Shown piece by piece: positions 26,061 through 40,200 of a stretch of 64,000 nucleotides of DNA; the stretch's first letter is position 1, and each line of letters starts with the position of its first letter. The stretch comes from Lingula anatina (lineage: Eukaryota; Animalia; Brachiopoda), in assembly GCA_051362555.1 (NCBI GenBank), contig CM120647.1:8246001-8310000 (forward strand), read 5' to 3'. Under the pieces are notes generated by a model, which saw only the letters and a list, made by a program, of their open reading frames with translations, was not told the origin of the DNA and did not search any database. The position numbers and the translations under genes were made by a program.

Positions 26061-29000
26061 TGACAAAATTACCTCATGGTGTTTTGCTTTCTTTCCACAG
26101 TGTCTTAGCCTCAACCCCTGTATTTCAATTATATCATTTTCCAAACCAGCTTTGTGATCTTATTTTTAGTGCTCAAAATAAATATTATTGTGACAAAGTC
26201 CTTTGCATTGTTAGTTTGTGATTTTTATGCATTTTTTTTTTCAAACAGACATTGAAGTTTTACAGCATTTTGACTTTAAGTGCCAAAAATTCATAAACTG
26301 ATAGAAGTTAACTTAAATGTGGACGGTTGGTTAATAAATTTGCCTACTATACATAATATAGAAATCCTTTACAAAAAGACAAAGCCAAATCCCAACTGTG
26401 CTCTAAAAAGTATTTTTTTAAATGGTTTTTAGTTTACAGCTTAATTAATTATAACAACATAGAGTGATTTACAACTGCAGAAGTAAATAGTCATCAGTTA
26501 TAGTAATAATTCAGAACAACATTCTTAGGTTCAGTACTCTTAGCTTCTAAACTTGAAGCATCATCTGATACAAATAAAATCAATAAAGCCCCAAAAGGAT
26601 CAAGTGCAATGAAAATATCCTCTGTTGAGCAGTTTCTGCTTTTTTTACTTCTCAAGTATTATATAATTATAGGCGCATTGCACTGTTATGATAAATATAT
26701 ATTGTTTCATGCAAAAATCCAGCTGTGGAAGTTGTCTCTAGATTGTGATAGGTGTGACGTCTCTCCTGTCACAATGTGCTGGGATGTGAAACTGACCTCA
26801 ACAAAGAAAACTTTTTTTAATATTATTTTTATCTATTTATTTATTTATTTATTGACAAAATTACTATTTAACACTCCTTTTTTATTTTTAGATTTTTGTT
26901 TTTTAAACAACACTCCTATAATGCAGATGGACTATGGTGAGTTTCTTTAAAAAGAAAGAAATTCGATATTTCTAACTTGAAAGCAGGTTTTCAGTTTTGA
27001 ATTTCCTCCACTTTTGGATGCCATATTAAAGGAAAATAGTTGGAATTTCTGGGAATATTAATCTTTTTCTTCACAAAATGTCTAACATGCACTGTAAACA
27101 ATAAACAAATGAAAAGGAACTTTCTGCCAATGGCAATCAAGCAGATGATCTCAAACTTTTCATTTTTAAAGAATCATTCAAATAAGTTAACCAGCTGATC
27201 ATATAAAGGGGTTGAAAATAAATAAAACATTGTATGTGAGTATCAAATAATATTTATTTGATTACTTGAACACAACACAGTAAAATTATGTAAAATTAAT
27301 TTATTCTTTTTTTTATATGGAGGGGTTTAGAATCACATCACATTTTGACACCTGTTCAATTAGCTTTTTGTCTCCATTTCTTAAATGTACAAATATTTTG
27401 GTCTCTGCAAATCTAAGACTAATCAAACACCCACAAAATCTTCTTGAATTAAATATTAAAATAACTCGCAAATTCTCTCCGCTGATTACAAAACAATTAG
27501 AAAATAACAGCCTAACTAATATGTGTCTAGAATTATTTCTATTTTTTTTTTTCCTTTTTGGGGGCGACACAAAAACTTGTTTTAATGCTAACACCGGTTC
27601 TGTGTACATTCCATACATTATAGTAATACTATAATAAAAGCACCAGCAGGCAAATATTACTTAAAATACGGAACTTCATCTTTTTTCTCAGCTGAATCAA
27701 AACAAACTTTCCAACCAAGTCAACTTATTGTTTTTTTTTTTTTCCTTTGGGGAATCTGCAAAATCATGTTTTCTCATTTTCTTCTACCAGATTATTTGAC
27801 TTGCAGACAGTAATGTAAAACGAACATGCAAGCATTACCCCAATAAAGCAAAAAACTCAATAACCTGCAATCTTACGTTTTGATTTTCTTTAGATCCACA
27901 ATTGTAACCTTAAGTTATCCAAGTTAAGTGGTAATGAAAGCACACACAATATAGTCATAAATACATACACTATTATCATTACATCATAATGCATTAGAGT
28001 ACAGGAGTGCATGAACATATGTATATCCTTATGTATTATCTTTTAACATATAATCACACAGAATGGCAGAATCAGCATATGTGCCCCACCCCCAAAAAAT
28101 TATTTAAAAAATCAAATAAATCAGTTATTAAATAAATCAATTGGTATAATGAGCGAAACGAAACAAAACAAAGCACTCTTTTTCAAACCCTGTGCAACTA
28201 CATATCATGGAGAATAAAACTGTCCATCTCTACTGTTTTATGTTTGCCAAGAGAATCAAGACAAAAATTTATTACCCTTGCCCCCCCCCCCCCCCCACCT
28301 CCCTCCCCCTCCACTCCACTGCAAAAGAAAAGTCCAGATTCATCATTGGATGCATGTAACTCATAAGCTTTGTGAATTTGCATGTATACCTTCCTTCAAA
28401 TAACTCGGATATATATATAAATGGAATCGCACCCGAAATTCAAAGTCATAATGGTGACTTTCCAAATTCTCTCAGTGCCATGGATCCCATAATAAAAGGT
28501 CACAGGAACCCAACTGGAATGGGACCAAAAAAAAAAAATAAATAAATAAATAAATAAAAAAAAAAATAAAATAAAATAAATAAATAAATAAATAAAATAA
28601 GTTAATAAAGTGAACTAAATAAGGGACTAAGTAATCTAAAAATATATAGACAATATTATTATCTGTCTAAATAATAATATGTGCATTCAATCAGTTATAG
28701 TACAACTTCCCCTAATTGCACTTTTCAGCAGACTCAAATCAGAATTTACAATACACTAATTCTAATAATGATGGTTATTAGTTCTTAATATTAATAATCA
28801 CCATAAGGATAATTTACACACACTGTTTGAAACAATGTTCGCACTTCTGTGCAATACACTTTTCCATACAAATTGAATTGTACACCTTTGAATTGTCCTT
28901 TGTATCCCCTGGATCGCAACCGGAACCACACATTGTGTGTAAATGTGCCTCAAATTGAACACAACTGTGAATTAATAGAGATGACATGTAACCACTGATT

Positions 29001-30343
29001 TTTTTCCCTAAAAATATGTATATAGGTTTCTAACACTCAAAGGCCTATGCTAGTTACTTAAGGTTTACAAGCACATGAAATGATTTCCATCACCCCTTTT
29101 TTTCTTATCAGTTGCTTAAAAAACAATACATTTATTATCATAACATTCAAGTCTAATTAAATATAATTAGCCTCATCAAGCAGGGCTTTCTAACATTTTT
29201 CTGTGTTATTTTTAATCAGCATCACAGAAAAGCTACCAAACCTGTCTTGCTCTAAAAAAGTTGACCTTTATTTTAAACTTTAATTTATTTACTATGTACA
29301 TACCTAGGGGTCTGATTTTTTTAATTGCCACTTTTAATTTTTCTTTTCTTTTTGATGCTCTAGCCACTCTTTTGAAAATATCTGGTGGATAAAAAGAAGT
29401 CCCAAACTTAAAATTTTAATAAACAAATCATGTTATCCATGAAAATACATAACTTTTGGTGGGACTTTTGTGTGAAATATAAACCTCATTTTTATAACCA
29501 CTCCATATATATTTTTTTCTAATCATTAAAACTTTGTACCTGAATTCACCTACCCCTCACTTCAATTTTATTCTATTTTAATTTCCTTTTAAACACATAA
29601 TACCTTTCACACAACTATCCTAGTCTGGATTTCATTCAACTTAAAAGACACAAATTTTGGGTGTATCAATATAAACTGATATTTTAAAATTCTACACTAA
29701 TTTCAAACTTCCAATTAATACAACAAAAAATGGTCATACTTTCCGTTTTATAAGTCACAACTTCAACGCTCACAGCAATATCTGTCAATGAAAACCCCAT
29801 CCTACTTATAACTCCTTGCATGCTTCCGTTTAAATATATAACAAACAAACCCTATATTCTGTCCTTTAAATACAAACTCAGCTGTCTTAGTGAACATAAA
29901 TGCTTGTCTCTCCTTTATTTACATGTTTTCAAATCTATATTACATGTCTACACTAACTGCTGCCAGTTAAGTTTTTTCGCGCACCCAGGGTTACGAGCTG
30001 GAGAGCTGTTTGTGTAACAATGTCAGCCCAGACCAAAGCTTTTTTATGCTTGGAATTTTCAAGCTTTTTTTTGCTTTTTCTTATTACCAAGCAAGAAACA
30101 ATCATTTCATAATGCTTTTTCAAAAAGCTGGTAAATTTGGAAAAGGGATTTATCATATTACTCTTACAAAGAGTGTCAAGTGAAGAATTTGTAATGGTGA
30201 TTGAACACCATAATGATTTCTCTGTGATTCTTTTTTTTTTTTTTCTTCCTTGGTAATCTGCATTATCAAAATGCATCATGATTAAAAAAATTGAGATCAC
30301 TCTGAATAAAGCAGTATAGTGCAAAAAGCCAAGCAAACACACT

Positions 30344-30440
30344 GGTAACATAGCAACATTGACCAGTTACCTAGCAACAGTACCTGTAACCTAGCAACAG
30401 TACTGTTAGCATATAGCAACAATGCCGTTTACATAGCAAC
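30344..30440 (+). repeat. Five ~21-bp tandem units, each carrying an RFX X-box-like motif
   Basis: GGTAACATAGCAAC, GTTACCTAGCAAC, GTAACCTAGCAAC, GCATATAGCAAC, GTTTACATAGCAAC. Confidence 0.7.
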
Positions 30441-32129
30441 AGTGATAGTATCATCACCTCTTGAGGAAAATGATACTTGGAACTTTCAAATATTCAGAAC
30501 AAGTCATTCTTACTCCTGATATTCTCAGTTACAAACTTCAATTTTGAAATTTTTAAAGCTTCAGATACATATCGCCCAAAAGCAAAGCAAAAATCACCCT
30601 GTAAGTAATATGGTATAGTACGTTCCTTAGTATAGGCCCAAGAAAAATAAACATAGTCTGAAAATAAATAGGACATTTTGTTAATATGTACATATTTTAT
30701 CACAAATAACATTGCTGCTTCATAGGGATTAAAAGGAACTCTGAGGTCGAAACTTGGGCCAGGTTTCACAAAAAGTGCTGGCGAAGTATTGTCATAACAG
30801 TGCCATTTGCCAAACCTATCTGCACATTAAAAAAAAAAAAGATATTTAGCAAGCACTGTGAAATAGGTCCCTGTACTTCACATAATTTAGTCCTGTTTTT
30901 TTCACATCCAGCAATTCAGTTTTCTGTATCACGCCAGTCTGAAAGACTGATAACATTATAACCTGGATAGTACATAAGAAAATGCAGCATTCTCAACAGC
31001 TGACTAACAGATCTGCTGATCAAATATGGCAACCCACTAAAAAAATTGCTGCATAATCTGCTAATAGACACTGAATGGACTCCCCGTGGGGATTACGCGA
31101 TGATCATCCAAGTAGGTCGACCATATTTGATCTGTGGATCCATTAGTCTGCTGTTGTGAATGCTGCCTAAGTCACCAAAACAGTGCCCCAGCGCTTGACA
31201 TGGTCAGTTAACCAAATTAGTTTTTATTGGTACATTTGGGGGCAGACTTGTTGGAACTAGTAAATTTCGTTTGGTACAGAAAACTGTACTGCTCAATGCA
31301 GAAAAGGTCTAAGACTCCCATTTTCTAATACAGTAACCGCCATAGTTTAAATTTATCTTCATCTCCACAATACTTTATGTGTAGTTTTGATATTTCTGGC
31401 CTTTATGTCTTCACAGCCTTTTCCTGTTGAAATTGAAGCCCGCTGCCGATAACATCAAAGTTTTGTTTTGCCCTGGGCTATCTCTTTCGATTTACTGCGC
31501 GTCATGTCTTCCATCTCCTGTTATAATAGAATATCACCCCACTCAAATCCTTATTTCATGTCACGGCAAAAGTCCTTGTTCCATTTAAGCCCTTGCTTCT
31601 TGTCATTTTAGACCTTGTCTACATCATTTAAGCCTCCATCACTGAAACCTTTTCCCTTACAGGCATGAACTGAAGATTTTCCTGTTGTTTTCAATTTCCT
31701 TTGCAGACGAACAAAGCCTTTAAGGTAACACGACAATTTGCTTCATTAATTTAAAAAAAAAAACGGCTTCAACCTTGTTATGTCTTATTTTTTAACATCC
31801 TTGGCATAGCAGTAAAGCTCATACCCATATACTGGGATGGGATTAAAGTCCCTTTTAAACTGCAGGTCCAGCTTAAAAACCTCAGTCTTCAGAATCTGTA
31901 TAATCTCTAACCTACAGCTCGAGGTTCAAATCAACCATCCGGCTCCCGTACAGATTCCCTCCACTTGGACCTCTTTTTTTCTGTATTCATAATTTGGGGC
32001 ATAGTGTTTGCATCATAATGCTGCCCCGCAGAGAGAAGATTTTATACAAGTATATTATGTTTCGGGCATAAATAAGAATGTCCCATTACCACTATTCTTT
32101 TTTTTTTTCTCTTCATTTTGTAAGTCCTA

Positions 32130-35100
32130 TCAGGACATGAATACTGATGTGTTCACTTTCAGTTCAAATGTCTGTGTGTGTTTGCCGTATTCTTTTCCAT
32201 AATATTCATCAAGCAGCGAAGATACAAACTCGTTATTGTCCTGGCTGTTGGAAACAGACTGAAAAAAATAATGAAAAAATGTAAATAATAAGAAATCAAA
32301 ATGGTATTCTTCTGTGTGTATATATACCATAGGCTCCATTCACAACAGATGTCTAACTACTAGTAGATCAAATATGACAACCCACTTAAAAGCTTGCCAT
32401 CTAATATTTGATCCAAATCTTATGCATGTCAGATCCACTAGTTTATGCCCATTCCTAGACATTTATGCTCAGATTCATTCATTTATGTTCAGTTCCACAT
32501 ATTAATCCCCCCACTTACCTGATATCTGTGCCAATGCAGACTTGGGTGAGACATTTATCCCCAGTTTCATTCATTTATGCCCAGTTCTCCACATTAATGC
32601 CCACACTTACCTGATATCTGTGCCACAGCAGACTTGAGTGTATAATAATGATGCCCAGTTCTCCACATTAATGCCCACACTTACCTGATATCTGTGCCAC
32701 AGCAGACTTGAGTGTATAACTAGAGGATCAGAGAGGCGATACCGCCTCCGGATATTGTACCACCAGCTGGAGTAAGCGCATTCGTATGGACCCCCCCCTC
32801 CAAAAAGGGACACCATCACCAGTCTTGTGCTTGACAAGCTCTATAAGATGCAATCAAGAAGAGTTCTCAAAATATGCAAAAAAATATAACTAAAAATGGT
32901 ACAATCAAGCAGATTTTCGAATTGACTTGCACTTTCCTACCCTTGATCACTCCTGTATTCTCTAGACAAAAGGCCTATTGGTTTTCCTTGAAAAGTGTTG
33001 TCAGTGGTGCATATATGCTGACAAAAGAGAAAACCTAGGGGCAACAAGGGGCACATCTCTGCTAGTTTTAAAGATATGAGAGGCAAAAAAAATATGCAAA
33101 GCTCAGTTCATGGTGAAAAAGTAGGTCAAAGGTCAATTTCAATATCATACTATATGAATTTCTATTCAAGTTCAATAGCAACCATGGGCATTTCTTTGCC
33201 AATTTTGCAGATTTAAAGGCCTGAAAACATGCAAAAAGCAGTTCATCATAAAAAGTAGGTCAAAGGTCAATTTCAAGGTCACAGATTGCTAGTGTAATAC
33301 TTCCTATTCAAGTTCAATAGTAAGTATGGACCTATCTCTGTCAGTTTTGGAGATAAAGAAGAAAGAAAATATGCAAAGTTCAGTTCATAGTAAAAAGATG
33401 GTCAAAGGTCAATTTTAAGGTCACAGTAAATTGCCAGTATATGACTTACTACTTAAGTTCAATAGTAACTATGGACCTATCTCTGCCAGTTTTGGAGATA
33501 AAAGGGAATGAAAATTTGCAAAAGTCAGTTCATGGTGAAAAGTAGGTCAAAGGTCAATTTAAAGGTCACAGTAAATTGCCTCTAATGACTTTCTAATAAA
33601 ATTTAATAGTAACTATGGGCGTATCTTTGCCCGTTTTGGAGATAAAAGGAAACAAAAATTTGCAAAGTTCAGTTCATGGTAAAAAGTAGGTCAAAGGTCA
33701 AATTTAAGCTCACAGTAAATTGCCAGTATATGACTTCCTATTCAAGTTCAATAGTAACTATGAACCTATCTCTGCCAGTTTTGGAGATAAAAGGGAACGA
33801 AAATTTGCAAAGTTCAATTCATGGTGAAAAGTAGGTCAAAGGTCAATTTTATGGTCACTGTTAAATTGCCAGTATGTGACTTCCTATTCAACTTTAATAG
33901 TAACTATTGACCTATCTCTGCCAGTTTTGGAGATATAATGTTACAATTCTGAGTTACAATAATGTGCCACCACAATGTACTTTTTAATACAGCATAACAC
34001 GAAAACCGTATGAAATACAAAAAAACGGAGACCATATGCAATGTTGGGCTTTACATGCTCTACAAAATGCAAAAAAGAACGGGTCGCTAGCATTAACGGT
34101 TCCCGAATTAGAGACAGTTTTCAGTTTCGGTATCTTATGGCCGCTTCTCCCGTGAAAATGCACCGATTGACCCCAAATTCATGGAGATGAAAGATGACCC
34201 AAAGGGTAACACTTTCCAATAATATTATTGGTTAAGTCTGTGTAGTGTCTGAATAACAGCGCAAATAATATTTTTTTTGTAAAAAATTTCATTTTTTTGA
34301 AAATTTTGGCCCATTTGACCTTGACATAAAGGTCAAATGTCAAATCCAAGGGCATATTTGAAATCTACACATATGACTTTTGGGAAGCCGTCTGTAGAAA
34401 TTTTTCCCATAATTCCTTCCGTAGGGTAGATAATTGGCATTGAATTTTCAAAAATTTTGACAAGGGTGCATTTCAACGAGCGTCACGCCCAGGTTAATGC
34501 ACCGACTGAGACAAAAAAACCTGGGGGTTCAAGTTGAGGTTATATGTGACCTAAATCCAAGAGATGGGGACAGGGGTCCTTGCGGTCTAGGAGGAGAAGC
34601 GGTAACGGTGACTTGTATCCGGCGCCAGTACGCGGAGCCGGCGGAGCTTACGGAGCCGGCGGAGCCAACGGAGCCGGCGGAGCTGGCGGAGCCGGACGAG
34701 ACGGGTCGGGACTAAAACCATGAGTACCGCCAGCGTACACGCTGGTGGTACTAATAATGATGCCCAGTTCTCCACATTAATGCCCACACTTACCTGATAT
34801 CTGTGCCACAGTAGACTTGAGTGTATAATAATGATGCCCAGTTCTCCACATTAATGCCCACACTTACCTGATATCTGTGCCACAGCAGACTTGAGTGTAT
34901 AATAATGATGCCCAGTTCTCCACATTAATGCCCACACTTACCTGATATCTGTGCCACAGCAGACTTGAGTGTATAATGATGATGCCCAGTTCTACACATT
35001 AATGCCCACACTTACCTGATATCTGTGCCACAGTAGACTTGAGTGTATAATAATGATGCCCAGTAGGAAACTAAAGCTGAATATTGTAAAGAAGTGAACC

Positions 35101-37213
35101 AGCACCCATCGATCAAAGCTGAAATGGATGAAAAGATATCAATTTTAAATCAGCTCAAAATTATAAGTACTGAAATAGAAAAAAAAGGTAGCACATATAC
35201 AGGCATAATCAAATCATGCTAACTTTAGAACCTGATTGGTATTTTAGGCCAACAATGAACATCAGCAGGTTTTATCTTAGATCCCATTCCCATATATTTT
35301 AGATTGATCTATCCCCGTGGGGAGTCTCACTAGATTACTGTCAGATAATCCGGCTTAAATGTCCGTCCCACCTACTACAAGCTGTACGGGGGTAATTAAC
35401 TTACGTGCCCGCTCTGCTGACAGCTATTTAGCGTGAACCCCCAGGGAGTTAGGTCGATCTAGTTGGACTGATCTAATCTCTGGGAATGGGGTCTTAAACA
35501 TTTAGTTCCCATCCAAATAATACATTGCCCTAAGTGCCAAAATTATCAAAAATAATATATCAACAGAATGTAAAGCATAATTGGATAACACCCACAACAG
35601 CATTTTAGGATAATAAGGTATTCATACGAGAGGAAAGCAAAAATGGCATCGTGGTTTTCCAGATATTAAAGTAAAAAAAAAAAATGTGCACGGTTCCAGC
35701 ATCAGCTACGGTCATGCAAAAAATCTCAGGTGATGGGAATATTATATATACAGACCTTAATGCCTGCATATATATGTGAAAATACCAATCAGCATTAAAA
35801 GGAACATCACAACTGCTTTAACAGTAATTATCTAAAGCCCATGCTTGGTAAAGAATTGATCTGCACTTTCATCCTATTAAGATATCTATGTTAGTACTTT
35901 CCATTTACTGCATCTTTTATGATATAGCTTTGAACTTCTCCTGAACCTGCTGGCCAATTTTTTAATAATTAAAGCATTTTACAGTTTACTCAAGTCTGTG
36001 ACAGCCCTGTAAAACAAATATAATGAAAAGGGAGGGCAAATCTAGGAGAGCATTCCCAACAAAGTTGATCAGCAGTCCAGTGTGTCAAATATGGCGCATG
36101 CTTGACAATAGATTCTTGCCTCCCACGCGCACCATCCCAGCAGTGACATGCTTTCTAGTGGGTGGTGCCATATTTGACCTGCAGATCAACTTGTTCTTAA
36201 TGCACTTTTAGACAAAAATATTGTCTACTTGATTTCAAGATAAATTCAATCCATTATAAATTAGAATTGGTCTGAAACAAATGCCACATCCAGGGATGAG
36301 ATTGCCATTTAGTATATGGCATGGGATCCAGGAGGCCCTCTGTATCAAACTCAAAAATGATATTTTTGGCCCCCAAAATGATGAGTATCTGCCAATAGTC
36401 AGAAAAATCTCACTATAACAGCAACCTTCCTTGTACTAGTAACCAGTCTTATTTATTTGCATACTTTATCTGGCATGACTAAATGTACTACTTATTTAAC
36501 ACAGATCAAAGCTGATCAAAAATGTATGGTTCAATATTTGAGTCCAATCATCAGGCTAAAGTTCATTTGTTAATCAGGTACCTGGTACTGGGAGCAAGTT
36601 AAAATATCCTAGCCAGGCTGGAAATCCGCCACTGGCCCTACTGCACATACAGTACTAGTAACCATCTCTATCACTGATTAGAAATCTTCATAATTAATAC
36701 ATACATTCTTATAATTTCAACCAATTTTCAGGCTTAGGTTCAAATATATATATATATATACTAGTATGTGAAAAGAGCCACTCAGATACTAGGAACAAGT
36801 TAAGACATCCTAACCAAACTGGAAATGCGCCAATAGAGAGAGGCTGGCCCTACCGCACAATATCGTCTCCATCACTGCAAAATACAATACAAAAAGCCCT
36901 TGCCAAGTGTGTGAGGTAATCATCCGAGTAAAACAACTACTTCATTGCACATGTCGTAATAGTAACAGCTGGTTACCTTGTTATATGTGGGAGTGGATGA
37001 TTAGTTAAAGTGCAAAGTAAATAAATTTTGTGAGCACTGTGTGTATACTGTCCTTGGGGGAGACAGGAAATGAGGGGCAATACACAAGATAACTGCAGCT
37101 GCAAACAGCAAAGTTTTAACACCTTGCGGTAGAGTTTTCGTCCTTTTCATAATTTAATAACAATTTCAATGAGCACAGAAATGTTTTTACACTTAAGGTT
37201 CTCTAACTACTAA

Positions 37214-37268
<55 letters not shown>

Positions 37269-40200
37269 GGATAATAGTAAAGATAGGTAATAAATGAAAA
37301 ATTCAAAATAGTGTTACACGAAAAAAGTGTTTTCTGTACCTAAGGGCGCATTCCCATAGATTTTCGATCGATCTATCCCCGTGTGGAGTCTCTCTAGATT
37401 ACTGCCAGAAAATCTGGCTTAAATGTTGGTCTCGCCTACTACAAGCTGTAAGGGGTAATTAACTTTAGTACCCGCTCGGCTGACAGCTATTTAGTGTTAA
37501 CCCCCAGGGAGTTAGGTCGATCTTGTTGGATCGATCTAATCTCTGGGAATGGGGTCTAAGAGGCTTGACTGGTCTTAACATGTAAATCCTCCAGGGCAGG
37601 GGTGGATTGAGGCTGTCATCTGGGTCTTCTAGAAGATGATCAGATATTCAAGTTTACATTGATGGGTATCTAATTTTTTCTGTCTGAAGATGGTCAAAAA
37701 TGGAGGGTGGATCAGCAAAAAATAATCTGGAAGACTGTCAGAAAAAAAGCTTTGGATCCGCCCCTGTAGGGGGGGGGGGGTGGTCACATATTTTCACAAG
37801 TCCCTATGTAGCAATGAAAACTGATCCTGTTAACCGCTGCGTTGAGTTTGCAGGGCTGCATTTAGGCGACACTCTTACCTAACAGCCACTAAAGTTGTCA
37901 AACTCTCATAATGGCACGAAACATAAAAGTATATTGCACGTCAACATGAAAAGGGTATTTTAAAATTAGATAAGAAAATAAAGTTCTGAGTGCAATTTAC
38001 CATACTGGCCACACCGAGTTATCCCTCACAATTACCCACTCCACTGACCATTATATAGTGATTTTACTTTTATAATCACTATATAAGACAGGGGGAGGGG
38101 GTGGCTGGGGTAGCCGTAGCAATTTTTTTCACTAAGCCAAATCACTACTTTTTCATTACTTCTTTCACAAAATGGTTTAAATTTGACTGAAACAAGTCAA
38201 ATCAACCCAGTTTTGTTAAGCCAACATAACTAAGTCAGTTTTAGCATTTGGCTAAGTGCGTATTCCCAGACATTTAGATCGATCTATCCCCGTGGGGAGT
38301 CTCACTAGATTACTGTCAGATAATCCGGCTTAAATGTCCGTCCCGCCTACTACAAGCTGTAAGGGGGTAATTAACTTTCGTGTCCGCCCGGCTGACAGCT
38401 ATTTAGTGTGAACCCCCAGGGAGTTAGGTCGATCTAAAGTAGGTCGATCTAATCTCTGGAAATGGGGTCTAAGTTGGCGAATGTTAGCACTACCCCAGGG
38501 AGGGCAAATGCAATTTGGAGGTACCGTTTGTATTACCCCACTCCCTAGCTGTCCATTGTGTAGACCAGTTAGCTCTGAGGATTACAAACAGAGTACTTGC
38601 AAACACTCAAATCTAATTTCTTGAATTTATTCTACAACAGCTTCTGTTTAACTGGTAACCAGGGGGGGTTACGTAACCACCATTTTGAAATAGGGAGTCC
38701 AAATTATTTTCTTACTGAGACAGGTCGTCTAGGCTCCATAGGCTGCATAATGAAATTCTGAATAAAAATTGGCTGATTAAAATTGAAATAGGCGACTCCA
38801 ATAGACAGCTGATTCAGCCACGATTTGGAAACAGGGAGTCCCAATTCATGTTCTTACTGAGACAGGCTGTCTAAGCTCTATTAGCTTTATCAATAAAATT
38901 CTGATAAAAATAAAAGTCCAAAATAAAATTGAAATAGGGAGTCCAAAACACATTGGCTACTGTTAGATACAGTTGCCTGTAACACATCATTTATTTATTA
39001 TTATTATTATTTTATTTTTTTTTTTTTGGTGTGTGTGTGTGTGTGGGGGGGGGGGGGGTCTAGTAATAGTACTTAAATTTCACCATCTTTTTAAGGTGGG
39101 ACAGCCCAATATATGAGTCAATCTGAAACATTCAGAAATGTACATGATTCCAAGATTCCCTTTTCATGTTTATCTGGTTTTGTTGTTCTTCCCTTCAAAT
39201 CTGCATCTGATCTTTTTCATATACCATTTTGACATTTAGTTCAGTTTGATTTGGCATTTTCCCTTGATCGAATACAGCAAGTTCCTTCTTTTTGTTCCTC
39301 AATGATTTATCTGATTGCTTTCGTATATATACTCTATTTAGCTTTTCTTTTCCTTGAATGTCAGTACTAGTATTCTGTTTTGGGTCTTACTGGTATATGT
39401 CACTGATTTTTTATTTATTATAATAATAATAATTATTATTATTATTTTTTTTTTTGCTTGAAATCTTCATCATGAAATCCTTCAAATCATGCCATGAGTC
39501 AGATTGAATTTCACTGACATTAAACATGATGCAGAAAAACTGGAATGTCTGTTCTTTCTAATTATCTATCACATAAAAAAATTCATGGAAAGCAATTTAA
39601 AGAGAAGATGAAGTAATTCTATTTCTTATCTAGCCTAATAATGTTATTTTATTTACTACTAAGGTACTTTTTTTTTTTTTTTTTGAGGGAGGGGGGGGAC
39701 TGGTATAAAATACTCCCCTAAAAGGGATTTGGGTAGCATACTCATTATTTTACTCATATTACATAAAATCGATTTTTCCTTTTACATTTACTCTAAAAGC
39801 TATATACAAACACATCAGGCATACTTGCAATTACTAGTATTTGAACCTCCCCCATGTTTGTTTTTGAACTAAGTATGTTTTTTCAACTTATGTGTTTGAA
39901 ATGTTGTATAGTATTTGATGCCTTAGCAAATCACAAAGCAAGCTCTCTTTTGACACACACACACACAATCGCTCTAATGCATTTTAAAACCTTACAAAAG
40001 AAAATTCTTTCCAAAAGCTCAAACAATATCCACCTCTAACTTTTCACTTCTGAATCAAAGAATATATCTGACTGGGCACAGTGACTCAGCATTTTTTCCC
40101 CAAATAACTCTTTTGAACATTGAACAATCATATAAAATTGGACCACAGACAGAGTAAAACTTTCTGGGTTTGATTTTGCTATTGCAAAAGTTATAATCTG

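Noticed and set aside
32127-32132. TGA read-through or selenocysteine at the end of the membrane-protein gene
   Set aside because: TGA is followed immediately by TAG and I identified no SECIS element.
34497-34787. ORFs with EPAE / LRRL repeats
   Set aside because: They derive from the 9-bp tandem tract at the end of the Helentron-type element.
32511-35064. CRISPR-like appearance of regularly spaced repeats (also 53447-54260 and 63555-63756)
   Set aside because: The context is eukaryotic, there are no cas genes, and the first two arrays have no unique spacers.
39195-39385. Purine-rich ~60-codon open frame on the minus strand
   Set aside because: No convincing splice acceptor or recognisable motif, so it cannot be supported as an exon.
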